Source: a virus
Length of the DNA stretch: 64,000 nt
IMG/VR virus record: IMGVR_UViG_3300035659_001663
Location: 1-64,000 of that record
Strand: one strand, 5' to 3'
Below are positions 8,824 to 17,978 of the stretch, one piece after another. Below the pieces are notes generated by a model that was not told where the DNA came from, searched no databases, and saw only the letters and a list, made by a program, of their open reading frames with translations. How positions within the stretch are numbered: the first letter of the stretch is position 1; each line of letters opens with the position of its first letter. The translations under genes and the position numbers were made by a program.

Positions 8824-9496
8824 TGATTCTTTTATTACTTGGGCTTCTAGATCTATCAAAAATAAAAACACATTACGACTAGTATTATTGGCATATAGAC
8901 TGGCAAAAAGTTCACAGGTTATAAAAGGTGCTGATATCAACGAGCCTGCGCAGGCTGCCAGATTTTTTGCAAATGAATATGTTGAGGGTGACCAGCAACG
9001 ACTTAGTATGAATATTGTGGCTTTATTACTTAGTTATGTAGTTGATGTAAATCTTTTGACGATGGATGATGTCTATTTTATTTTTGGAAAAGTTGTACAT
9101 GAAAAAGTACGATCACTCGATTTAATAGAGACTATTGTTTCATCGAATGCAAAAATAACAGATGCAAAGCAATGTCGGTATGTCAACCAATTCACAGAAG
9201 ATCACATTCTTATAAAAGCATCTGTTATCATTGTTAGACTGAGAGCTTTACAACTAAGCAAGAATAAAGGGTTACCTATAAAGATACATAGTAGGTATCT
9301 ACCAATCTTCGATACTTATATTCAAATCGGCAATAAAGTTGCTACAGAATTACGAAAATGGTTGTTACAGAAGATCAAGCAGGCGCAAACATCTGGTACT
9401 GACTATAATTTAACTGCCGGTGACCTTTTCTCATACTTTTCAATCGTGTCAGATAGACGATTGAAGACTAAGTCCCTCGAATTACTTCTCCGTTGA
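8798..9496 (+). CDS. Degenerate RelA/SpoT/Mesh1-type HD-domain protein (catalytic residues lost)
   Basis: AYRLAK, INEPAQAARFFANE, IVALLLSYVVDVNLLTMDDVYFIFGKVV and ILIKASVIIVRLRAL align with AYxFAxxAH, YIxHPxxVAxIL, IAALLHDVVEDTxxTxxxIxxxFGxxV and LIKLADRLHNMRTL. Confidence 0.65.
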   Translation: MSLLMNLTSDSFITWASRSIKNKNTLRLVLLAYRLAKSSQVIKGADINEPAQAARFFANEYVEGDQQRLSMNIVALLLSYVVDVNLLTMDDVYFIFGKVVHEKVRSLDLIETIVSSNAKITDAKQCRYVNQFTEDHILIKASVIIVRLRALQLSKNKGLPIKIHSRYLPIFDTYIQIGNKVATELRKWLLQKIKQAQTSGTDYNLTAGDLFSYFSIVSDRRLKTKSLELLLR

Positions 9497-9684
9497 TTTA
9501 TTTCTGAATTGTAAATCAATTGATAATTTTTGTTTATATAGATCTATAATTATCTAAGAGGAGGTCTAAGCGGTTAAAAGATCGATGAAATTGAAATGTG
9601 ACTGAAGAAAAAGTCACAAAGTATTAACGTTACACTAATTCACAGTGTGACACGAACTGAACAAAGGTTCAACAAACAAGGAGA

Positions 9685-10644
9685 TTGAAAATGAAGTTTA
9701 CTAATCCTGCCATTTGTGCCCGCATTAAAGAAGCTGCTGCTGTTGTTAATCCCTACGTTAAAGACATTCCAGCTGAAGAAATTATTTATGACGTGCTAGA
9801 TAAAGTCGGTGTCATTGATAAGTCTGAGTTAAGCATAAAACTGTTAGAAAGCCAAATAACGATTGCCGATTTTAATGAAGCATTTAGTCGTATACTAACT
9901 AAATGCTTCTATCCAGTGCCTGCTGCTAGAGTCAGAGTAATTTTGTCAATTTTGCAAGGAAAAGATCCATTCAAGCAGTCTGAGTGGCAAATAACGAATG
10001 ATTCACCGAATATTACTGCTTCACCAGACGCAATGACGTTCAAGTTACTGCTTGACACTATGCAGCAAAACAAACCAATAGGTCAACTATCAGATCTTGA
10101 ATTGATTTCTAAGTATGGTAAAGATTGTTCTTCTGAAGTTGAATGCGAACTTCTTAAGAGATCTAAAGGCCGACCATGCATCATATTCAAAAATGATGAT
10201 ACTGTCGATACTGACAATTCTCTAATACTGCTACGAAAAGCAAGACACCAAGAGACTCCAAGTACTTATGCTGTTGATTCTGGTATCAAATCTGTTTACA
10301 AAGTTGGTGACTTTCCCATGAATGTGTTGTATGAATGTCCTATTCATTCACATATTTTGTTAGTTGATGGATACTGTGAAGAATGCGGAATTAAATGGCT
10401 TGACTTTGAAGTCAATCGAAGCAAGCACATTTTCTTGCGAATGATGTCAGAATCTGCAAAAATTGATCCTATCAATTTGAGAGCTTATTTGCAACAGTCA
10501 TTTGAACAATTGACGCAATTGTATCCAAAAGTGTATATGAAATTTGTTGAATTGTATGAAGAAGATAAGTTACCAACATTGAAGCGCAGATTATCTAAGG
10601 CAAAAAACGGCGATCCATTTAGAGTCATCCACACACAGTATTAG
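9685..10644 (+). CDS. Uncharacterised protein with CPxH...CxxC Zn-binding motif
   Basis: 319-aa ORF, AAGGAG SD, YECPIHSHILLVDGYCEECGIKW. Confidence 0.7.
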   Translation: MKMKFTNPAICARIKEAAAVVNPYVKDIPAEEIIYDVLDKVGVIDKSELSIKLLESQITIADFNEAFSRILTKCFYPVPAARVRVILSILQGKDPFKQSEWQITNDSPNITASPDAMTFKLLLDTMQQNKPIGQLSDLELISKYGKDCSSEVECELLKRSKGRPCIIFKNDDTVDTDNSLILLRKARHQETPSTYAVDSGIKSVYKVGDFPMNVLYECPIHSHILLVDGYCEECGIKWLDFEVNRSKHIFLRMMSESAKIDPINLRAYLQQSFEQLTQLYPKVYMKFVELYEEDKLPTLKRRLSKAKNGDPFRVIHTQY

Positions 10645-10678
10645 AGCTATGCTCCCTCATTTATAGAAGGGAAATGTT

Positions 10679-11869
10679 ATGATCTCGAGAAATGCAGTTG
10701 GTTTTTCTATGGCTCCTAATATGTGTCGTGTTATGGAGTCAGATGGATTTTTTGCATCAATTATGCGATCAGATAAGAAGAAAGACAGTGATGATTCATC
10801 ATTGCCACCAGGTATACCTATTCCAGTGCTACCTGTAGATTATCTTAAGAGTCGACCAGATTTTTGGGTTGGTGGTCAGGGTTCATATGTTTGTCCTGTC
10901 GAATCAGATTGGGCTCTATGGTTCAACTGGGTTATGAACAATAATGATATATCAATTCTTACATCTGTAAAAGGCATGAACCCAATTACTGGGCAACGTA
11001 CATCAGGTTTACAACTTGAACAGTATAAAGAAAAATGTCCAGTACATAATGTAAAATTTCTACATGGTCAATTGTGTCCTGAGTGTAATTTTAAGTGGCC
11101 TGAACAAAACTATATAGCTGACCCAATGCCATTTTATTGGGATGGATTTAGATCAGCTGATGGCACTGTTAGACAATTCTATTTCACTGAAGACATGATG
11201 AAGTCAGTGCCAGAATTAGTTATTGGAAAAGATGATACTGTTCCAGCATTTGGATTTTGTTTTTATCAGTTGAAGAATCGAAAAACAAATTATGAAAATG
11301 GTAATCGATATAAGAACAAATTTCCAAAAGAGTTTCGTTATAGTGGATCTTCTGGATACTCGGGCGATGGTTCTTCAGGATTGTCTGGATACACAGGTGG
11401 TGGTTCTTCTATACGTATGAAGAGTTTAATTCATCCAGATGTGTTTTGTAGAACAATTTCAGATTTGAAAGCAGATAGTTCGTCAATATCAATTTATCAT
11501 ACTAGTTCTAGTGCTGATGCTAGTAGCACATTACTTAATTGTTGTAACACGAAATCTGATTCAATGTCTTTTACATCATCGCATGATTCAATGTTAGGTT
11601 TAGGTTCAGCTGTGCCATGTGCTGCTGCAGTGACTGAACGATCAATGACAGCTGAAGTTGGTATTGGTGCAGGCGCTAAAATCTCTCAAAATATAATGCG
11701 TGATAGACATTCTATAGATGAATGGCAAGAAAAGCCTGCAGGTATTATTCGATTATATTTTGTGTTTCGTGAACAGTTTGAACGATATGTAGAAGATGGT
11801 TTAAGAGATTTATCGGGAATGAAAGAGGGATATTTGAATTCGATACCTGTAGGAGGAACAAATGAATAA
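10679..11869 (+). CDS. Uncharacterised conserved-looking protein with Zn motif and Ser/Gly-rich linker
   Basis: SLPPG...GSYVCPV...ALWFNW, NPITG, WDGF...VRQF, EVGIGAGAKISQ; CPVH...CPEC. Confidence 0.7.
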   Translation: MISRNAVGFSMAPNMCRVMESDGFFASIMRSDKKKDSDDSSLPPGIPIPVLPVDYLKSRPDFWVGGQGSYVCPVESDWALWFNWVMNNNDISILTSVKGMNPITGQRTSGLQLEQYKEKCPVHNVKFLHGQLCPECNFKWPEQNYIADPMPFYWDGFRSADGTVRQFYFTEDMMKSVPELVIGKDDTVPAFGFCFYQLKNRKTNYENGNRYKNKFPKEFRYSGSSGYSGDGSSGLSGYTGGGSSIRMKSLIHPDVFCRTISDLKADSSSISIYHTSSSADASSTLLNCCNTKSDSMSFTSSHDSMLGLGSAVPCAAAVTERSMTAEVGIGAGAKISQNIMRDRHSIDEWQEKPAGIIRLYFVFREQFERYVEDGLRDLSGMKEGYLNSIPVGGTNE

Positions 11870-12578
11870 GGTTGACTTGTTATTTATTGTTGATGTTACT
11901 GGGTCAATGAGTGGATTTATACAAGACGCAAAATGCAGAATGCAAAAGATATTGTCAAGTTTGACAACTGAATTTGAGATCGATTTGAAAGTCGGTTTAA
12001 GTTTGTATCGTGATCATCCATCGCAAGACAAGTCATTTGTTACTGCAGTATTTGATTTAATGGATATTGACAAAATGAATGAAACTATTAGTGAAATAAC
12101 AGTTAATGGCGGTGGTGACGCACCAGAAGCTGTTATTGATGGTATTGTTGATGGCGTATCTGGAATGAATTGGCGAGATAATAGCAGAAGAATTGCCTTT
12201 TTGATTGGAGATGCACCGGCTCATGGAATGACAGAAAATGAGAGTTGTTGTCAATGCGGATTAACATGGGGAAATGCAGTATCAGTAACGCAAAAGAACA
12301 AAGTTGTAATTTACGCAGTACTGTTGTCAAGCGATTCAATTGCTAGATTAAATTTCAGGACAATTGCTAATTTCACTGGTGGAATGTTGATTGAGAATGA
12401 TAATGCGATGAATGTGATACTAGATACTTTGAAGACAGAGTTTGACAATGTCAATTTAGATGCTAAGGTGCTTGAAATGTTGTCTAAAAATAGTAATGTA
12501 GATGATATTTGTAAGATGTTGAATATTGATCGAGATGAATTTACATCGTCAACGTCAAGAATTGTTCAGTTCATCTAA
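11862..12578 (+). CDS. vWA-domain protein (alpha-kinase VwkA-like subtype)
   Basis: DLLFIVDVTGSM, YRDH, GGGDAPEA, LIGDAPAHG. Confidence 0.88.
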   Translation: MNKVDLLFIVDVTGSMSGFIQDAKCRMQKILSSLTTEFEIDLKVGLSLYRDHPSQDKSFVTAVFDLMDIDKMNETISEITVNGGGDAPEAVIDGIVDGVSGMNWRDNSRRIAFLIGDAPAHGMTENESCCQCGLTWGNAVSVTQKNKVVIYAVLLSSDSIARLNFRTIANFTGGMLIENDNAMNVILDTLKTEFDNVNLDAKVLEMLSKNSNVDDICKMLNIDRDEFTSSTSRIVQFI

Positions 12579-12600
12579 ACGCGCTTATTGACTGTTGTAC

Positions 12601-12640
12601 TTAAAGCTTGATAGAAATGTCAAGCTTTAATTTTGTTTTG
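12601..12640 (+). terminator. Probable intrinsic terminator
   Basis: Perfect 11-bp IR TTAAAGCTTGA/TCAAGCTTTAA followed by TTTTGTTTT. Confidence 0.7.
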
Positions 12641-12698
12641 ATATTACGATTATCATTGATAGATGTGGTTGTTATCTGTCGTCAGTAAGGGAATAGTT

Positions 12699-14036
12699 AT
12701 GAATCATTTAGCATTAATTCAGGATGAGTTTTTGAAGATAGCAAAAGATAAAATTGCTATTGATCCTGATTGGTGGAAAAAACTTACTCCTGAACAGCAA
12801 CGTGAGTATATTAGTACTCATCGAAAGACTAAGTTACGACCATTATCAAGACCGACAATGTCAAATAAAGAGTTATTAAAGAAGCAGCATCCGGCAATTG
12901 ACGAACAACAAATTCAGGATCGGACTACTCGTAGAATTTTAGCGCAGACGCCAAAGAATTGGAAACAAACATTACTATATAACGGAATGGGTGAGGGATC
13001 AGAAACAGTTCAATTGTCAGATGCATTAAGACCGAGACAGATAAAAGAAGCATTTGAAGACACGACAGTAATAGCAGTTGTTGGTTTTGAAGGTGGTCGA
13101 CCAATAACTGACATGAAACCTGCATTTTTCATGAAGCGGTCTGGATATAAAGATGATAGATTTAATTGCGAAGTTCCTGAATTGCAAAATGGCAATGTCG
13201 TTAAGAATCAAAAAGGTGAAATAGCTGTCAAGACTATAGCTGAAGAGACTACAAAATGGCGCGGTGGTAGTAGATTTCGTCCAGCACATTCTTATGTCGA
13301 TAGAAAATCTGACTTAAGAATGTCAAAGATTATAGAGATGATGCCTGACAAACCGTATACTATATTTGCAGTCAAGTTAGATCCTAAACGTATAGAAGCA
13401 AAGCAGATGCGATCTGCTCTTAAAGATACAAGTAAAGTTCGTGAAGTTGAGAAGAAAATAGTTGCAAATGCAGCAAAACCAATTTATGACTTTTATTCTG
13501 ATGAATTACAATCTAACATAGCCGTGATACAAAAAGCTTCAATACCATCGTTTAATGATGTATTAGATGACAAAAGTAATTCTCGTCAAGAAAGAGACGC
13601 AATAGAATTAGCATTTCATAAAGTGCAAAATGCAAGATCAAAATTGTCATCATTATCGTCAGCTATTCATAGTATTTATTGGAATCATTTACCACGAGCT
13701 GGCGAGCAGTTAATTGACCCTAAACATTCTGATTCGAGCAAGCAAGAAGTTAAGAGATTTTTAGAGAAAGTGACTGAGTTAAAGAAACAGTTTGCGAATG
13801 AATATTATTCAATAATTCGTGATAGATGTTATGATGTGACTAGACAATTAACAAACAAACAATTTGATGATGCAGTTGATGTAGTTAAAGATCTCAATCT
13901 TAAGAAAGCAATACCGATGATTGATAATTTGAGAACAGTTAGTGATCCGACAACTTTCACTAATGGTGTTGTAGCTGTTAGACAAAAAATGCTTGAAGAA
14001 GCAAAAAAGTATTTACCTGAAAGTCAACAACAGTAA
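12699..14036 (+). CDS. Putative virion (internal head) protein
   Basis: N-terminal KIAKDKIA followed by WWKKLTPEQQREYISTH; first gene of the structural block. Confidence 0.55.
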   Translation: MNHLALIQDEFLKIAKDKIAIDPDWWKKLTPEQQREYISTHRKTKLRPLSRPTMSNKELLKKQHPAIDEQQIQDRTTRRILAQTPKNWKQTLLYNGMGEGSETVQLSDALRPRQIKEAFEDTTVIAVVGFEGGRPITDMKPAFFMKRSGYKDDRFNCEVPELQNGNVVKNQKGEIAVKTIAEETTKWRGGSRFRPAHSYVDRKSDLRMSKIIEMMPDKPYTIFAVKLDPKRIEAKQMRSALKDTSKVREVEKKIVANAAKPIYDFYSDELQSNIAVIQKASIPSFNDVLDDKSNSRQERDAIELAFHKVQNARSKLSSLSSAIHSIYWNHLPRAGEQLIDPKHSDSSKQEVKRFLEKVTELKKQFANEYYSIIRDRCYDVTRQLTNKQFDDAVDVVKDLNLKKAIPMIDNLRTVSDPTTFTNGVVAVRQKMLEEAKKYLPESQQQ

Positions 14037-14050
14037 CTAAGGAGGTCAAT

Positions 14051-14272
14051 ATGGCAGCGTCAGGTCAAAAAGTCACCGTTTCTGCAGGCATTTCACGTAA
14101 AGTTCAAGCTCCTGATTTTAATGACAAAAAATTTGCAAATGTTGAACCGACTACAGGAACAGTTGTATCGAGCGAGTATTCGACAACTGCTGGCGTTTCA
14201 TCTACTATGTCAAATCGTTCTAAAGAGGGTCTTAGCACGGGTGGATATGACAGACATTTTAATGTGTATTGA
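14051..14272 (+). CDS. Small putative virion protein (short paralog of the next gene)
   Basis: Strong AAGGAGG SD; shares N- and C-terminal segments with 14302-15024. Confidence 0.7.
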   Translation: MAASGQKVTVSAGISRKVQAPDFNDKKFANVEPTTGTVVSSEYSTTAGVSSTMSNRSKEGLSTGGYDRHFNVY

Positions 14273-14301
14273 ATAAACTTCAAAACTTTTAGGAGGACAA
14301 T

Positions 14302-15024
14302 ATGGTAACAGGGCCAACATTAGTTTCAGTCGGTGGTACATCAGCAAAAGTTGACACGCCTAATTATGGTGATCCTAAGTTTGCAACTGGTGATATTGTA
14401 ATTGGATCAGCTGTCAAGAGTATGGTGGCACCTGTATCGACTGTTTCAGTGATAGCTGACAATGCTGGAACATACACAGTAGGCGCAGTGACGTTGAAGA
14501 TCAATGGTCATGCTGCAACTGCTGCATACAATGCGACAAAGAATCAGACATTGACAGATTTAGCAGCTGCTATTGCTGCTGCTGACGTTGTAAATGTTGC
14601 GACTGCAGTGTATTCGAGTGTGACGCACACAATAACTATTACTGCAAATACGAACAAACTCGTAGTCGTTTCAGATTTAGTTTTGACAGCTATCACTGGA
14701 ACAATGACGATGGTTGTGAATCAGTCTGGTGCAAATGGTGATTGTTATATAGCACCTGCTACTGCAAATGGTTGGACAATTAATCGTAAATATACATGGG
14801 AAGCAGCAGCATGGGTTGAATCATTACCAGTAACTGGTGAAGTTGTATGGGTGAGCAATCAAAGTAGAGATTATAAGTGGAGTGGTACTGCATGGGTAGC
14901 TAGTGTAATGGCTAATGTCGCTTGTCAGTTGACTACAAGTGCAGTGGGGGTCTCTTCACCCATGTACAATCGTACTAAAGAGGGTTTGACAAGCAGTTAT
15001 GATAGACAGTTCAATGTGTATTAA
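14302..15024 (+). CDS. Putative virion decoration/fibre protein with inserted beta domain and DUF2793-like domain
   Basis: AGGAGG SD; Ala/Thr/Val-rich; GDCYIA...W...P..GEVVWV...YKWSGTAW; termini paralogous to 14051-14272. Confidence 0.65.
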   Translation: MVTGPTLVSVGGTSAKVDTPNYGDPKFATGDIVIGSAVKSMVAPVSTVSVIADNAGTYTVGAVTLKINGHAATAAYNATKNQTLTDLAAAIAAADVVNVATAVYSSVTHTITITANTNKLVVVSDLVLTAITGTMTMVVNQSGANGDCYIAPATANGWTINRKYTWEAAAWVESLPVTGEVVWVSNQSRDYKWSGTAWVASVMANVACQLTTSAVGVSSPMYNRTKEGLTSSYDRQFNVY

Positions 15025-15165
15025 GTTATGAATCTGCAACCATTAAGAGAGCGAGCTGACTATGGAGTTGATGGTGATCAACTTGAACGTCAGTTCGCTC
15101 TTTTGTCACGTGAAAACAAGAATCTAATCAAAGATCAATTTGCTGGTCGGTTAAAAGGAGTCAAT

Positions 15166-16938
15166 ATGGACTCGATAGTTGATAAAATTGCAAGTGAAAT
15201 TCTTGCAAGTGAAAAAGAGGCAGTCTCGCCTCCAGGGTGGTCTGGAACTGTACGTGCCATGAAACACCATAAGGACATTACTAATCCTTGGGCATTGTGC
15301 TTCACAGCAGATACTAAAGTTTTATTGTTTGATGGTAGAAGCTTGACCATGAAAGAGTTAGTTGATGAATTTGGAATTGAAAAAAGTACTTATGTATTTT
15401 CTTATGATATTCAAAATGACAAGATTGTAGCAGGCGTTGCTCATGATTTTAGACGAACAGCTGAAGGTGCTAAATTAGTAGAAGTTACATTAGATAATGG
15501 TAAAAAAATTCGTTGTACATTGTCTCATATGTTTTTGATGAATGACGGTTCATATAAAGAAGCTCAAGATTTACAATCTGGTGAATCTTTGATGCCGATT
15601 TATTTTGATGTTCATGAAGGATCATTTTGTGATGGTTATAAACGTGCATGGTCAAAGGATAATAAAAAGCATTTTGTTCATAGAATAGCAGCTAAATATA
15701 AGTTTGGAAAAGAGTGGTCGAAAGGTTTTATCATTCATCACAATAATTTTGATAAGAATAATAATAGTCCAGATAATTTGAAATTGATGACATGTGCTGA
15801 ACACTCTACTTTTCATAGAACTGCTGATAAAGCACAACATTTAGTTGATTATAATAAATCAGACGCGGGTCGTGCATTGGCAGCAGTTACAGGTAAGAGA
15901 AACATGAAGAAGTTGTGGAGTGAGCGTCGTGAAGAAATGATTGTAAATTGTAAGAAAAATGGTTCAAAAGGCGGTGATTGTGGTAAGTATGCATTACTTA
16001 AATATAATAAATCGCAAGCTGCTATTGATTCAATGAGTCGTAGAAATCTAGATGGATCAATAATAACAGCTAAAATGATAAAAATAGCTAAAAAAATATT
16101 AGATTTTGGATTAGGAATAAATGAAGCTACATGGAACGAGCATAAAGGATATAAAAGCAACCCATCGTTTAATAAATTATTAGAAATGTTTGGGTCAGTA
16201 AGTAATTTTCTTGAAAAATTTAACGTTAATATTGTTTACAGTACGCGAGTTAAATATAATTGTCTAAAGATTACAAAAAGAATTTTAGAGAAGAACCTGC
16301 CTATTAATGATACTACTTGGGATAAATACAAGCGATCGTTTAAAAATCCTCATTTGTTAATAGCCATTGAACTGTTTGGTTCAATAGATAATTTAATATT
16401 TGAGACTGAAAAAAAATATGATCTAATTACAAATCACAAAGTTGTCAGTGTCAATCGGCTTGAATGCGTAGAAGATGTATACGATTTTATAGTCAACAAT
16501 TATCATAATTTTGCACTCGATGCCGGAGTGTTTGTACATAATAGTCATTGGATGGCTAAGCAGAAGCCGGGCGCAAAATGGGGACCTGGCGGAAAACTGA
16601 AAAAGTCTCCAGAACCGCATTATAAACCAGAGAAGAAAAAGAAGAAGTCTGATAATGAGAATATTGATAAGGTTGCTGAAATTGCAGATGAAGTAATTGC
16701 AGAAGTCATGACCGGACCTGCGATACCGGTTACTCCCATAACAGAGTCTACACGCAAATTTTCAACAGTTGATTCAATTAAGACTGATGACGGCTACATT
16801 ACAATCAAAGCTAATTATGATGAAAAAGATGGCGAAGTTATTCTTGAAGAATATGTTGTGGACAAAGATGGCGATGTTCAGACATATAATAATGTAGATG
16901 ATTTTACTGACAGATTGGTAAGTGAAGGACTGCTCTAA
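15166..16938 (+). CDS. Intein-containing small putative virion protein (spliced product about 175 aa)
   Basis: AAGGAG SD before MDSIVDKIA; exteins join as SPPGWSGTVRAMKHHKDITNPWAL-SHWMAKQKPG. Confidence 0.8.
   Translation: MDSIVDKIASEILASEKEAVSPPGWSGTVRAMKHHKDITNPWALCFTADTKVLLFDGRSLTMKELVDEFGIEKSTYVFSYDIQNDKIVAGVAHDFRRTAEGAKLVEVTLDNGKKIRCTLSHMFLMNDGSYKEAQDLQSGESLMPIYFDVHEGSFCDGYKRAWSKDNKKHFVHRIAAKYKFGKEWSKGFIIHHNNFDKNNNSPDNLKLMTCAEHSTFHRTADKAQHLVDYNKSDAGRALAAVTGKRNMKKLWSERREEMIVNCKKNGSKGGDCGKYALLKYNKSQAAIDSMSRRNLDGSIITAKMIKIAKKILDFGLGINEATWNEHKGYKSNPSFNKLLEMFGSVSNFLEKFNVNIVYSTRVKYNCLKITKRILEKNLPINDTTWDKYKRSFKNPHLLIAIELFGSIDNLIFETEKKYDLITNHKVVSVNRLECVEDVYDFIVNNYHNFALDAGVFVHNSHWMAKQKPGAKWGPGGKLKKSPEPHYKPEKKKKKSDNENIDKVAEIADEVIAEVMTGPAIPVTPITESTRKFSTVDSIKTDDGYITIKANYDEKDGEVILEEYVVDKDGDVQTYNNVDDFTDRLVSEGLL
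15298..16542 (+). mobile_element. Intein (415 aa) with HNH homing endonuclease
   Basis: Block A CFTADTKV, block B CTLSHMFL, HNH VHR...IHHNNFDKNNNSPDNL...H...H, block F VYDFIVNNYHNF, block G VFVHN followed by Ser(+1). Confidence 0.93.
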
Positions 16939-16943
16939 CTATT

Positions 16944-16979
16944 ATGTTGTCGGTCAATTATAATATTGACTGACAACAT
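16944..16979. terminator. Long inverted repeat after the intein gene (terminator/processing hairpin)
   Basis: ATGTTGTCGGTCAAT / ATTGACTGACAACAT, 15-bp stem with one G-U pair; no clear U-tract. Confidence 0.55.
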
Positions 16980-17076
16980 CTTCATCAATTGCTGCAATAA
17001 TTTCTTCATCTAGTACTTCTTTTGATAAATTCGCACTATTATATTGATATGGTCGAAATCTGTAAAGAGGGTCAAC

Positions 17077-17964
17077 ATGCTTTACATTACACAACGTACG
17101 AATAGACATATAGTAAAGAAATTAAGCACTACTTCATTACCAGCAGTCTATGTAAGTCATTTTGGTACGTTTGAAGTTAAAGGCAGTGGTCTTACTACGT
17201 TTGATAATCCTTGGGGCGTTACACATGATACTTCAAATAACATTTATGTTTGTGACTTTGAGAATCAACGTATAACAAAATTTGATTCGTCTTTAGCATA
17301 CATAACTAGTTATGATACTCGAACTGCAGGTGATTCTGCGATTGGAAATCCCTGTGCAATATTATTTGACATTACTACTGGTAACTTATATGTTGCAGGC
17401 GTTTTTGATGATGCTTATGTTAGAATCCAAAGATTCACAACATCATTAACTAGTGTTAGAATTAGTGGTAACTTAAATACTGCTGGTCAAATGTGGTTTA
17501 GACCTACTGGAATATGCCGCGGATTTATTTCAGGCAGACTTCTAGTTGCAGGTTGTAATCTTGGACTGTTTCAAACCATAGAAACTTCATCGTTTTCTTC
17601 ATTTACTACAGAGAATATTGTAGGTGAGACGACATCATGGCCTCAGTTGTTTACGACTACAACATATAATTCAGTGATAAAGCATTCAAATGGCAATGTA
17701 TATGTTAATAATGGTCGTCAAATCTTACGCGTGTCCAATACTTCACCGACAATGACTAATATTGGAGACTCAAATGTGATTAGCAATAGTTTAATTAGTG
17801 GATTGAAAGAAGGTACTGGTGGATCAATTTTGACATATTTGAATGATAAGCAAAAGATAATTAGATTTAATGAGAACATGAATTTCTTAGGAGATGTTTA
17901 TTGGACAACAGGAGTAACTGTAGATTCAGACGCATATGATGTAGTTGATTTTACAGAAATTTAA
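17077..17964 (+). CDS. NHL-type beta-propeller protein (stand-alone module copy 1)
   Basis: FDNPWGVTHDTSNNIYVCDFENQRITKFD NHL repeat; starts YITQRTNRH, ends DAYDVVDF. Confidence 0.8.
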   Translation: MLYITQRTNRHIVKKLSTTSLPAVYVSHFGTFEVKGSGLTTFDNPWGVTHDTSNNIYVCDFENQRITKFDSSLAYITSYDTRTAGDSAIGNPCAILFDITTGNLYVAGVFDDAYVRIQRFTTSLTSVRISGNLNTAGQMWFRPTGICRGFISGRLLVAGCNLGLFQTIETSSFSSFTTENIVGETTSWPQLFTTTTYNSVIKHSNGNVYVNNGRQILRVSNTSPTMTNIGDSNVISNSLISGLKEGTGGSILTYLNDKQKIIRFNENMNFLGDVYWTTGVTVDSDAYDVVDFTEI

Positions 17965-17978
17965 CGAGAGGTATTGCT

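Noticed and set aside
9597-9618. CRP/FNR-type site TGTGA...TCACA
   Set aside because: The spacer is 12 nt rather than 6.
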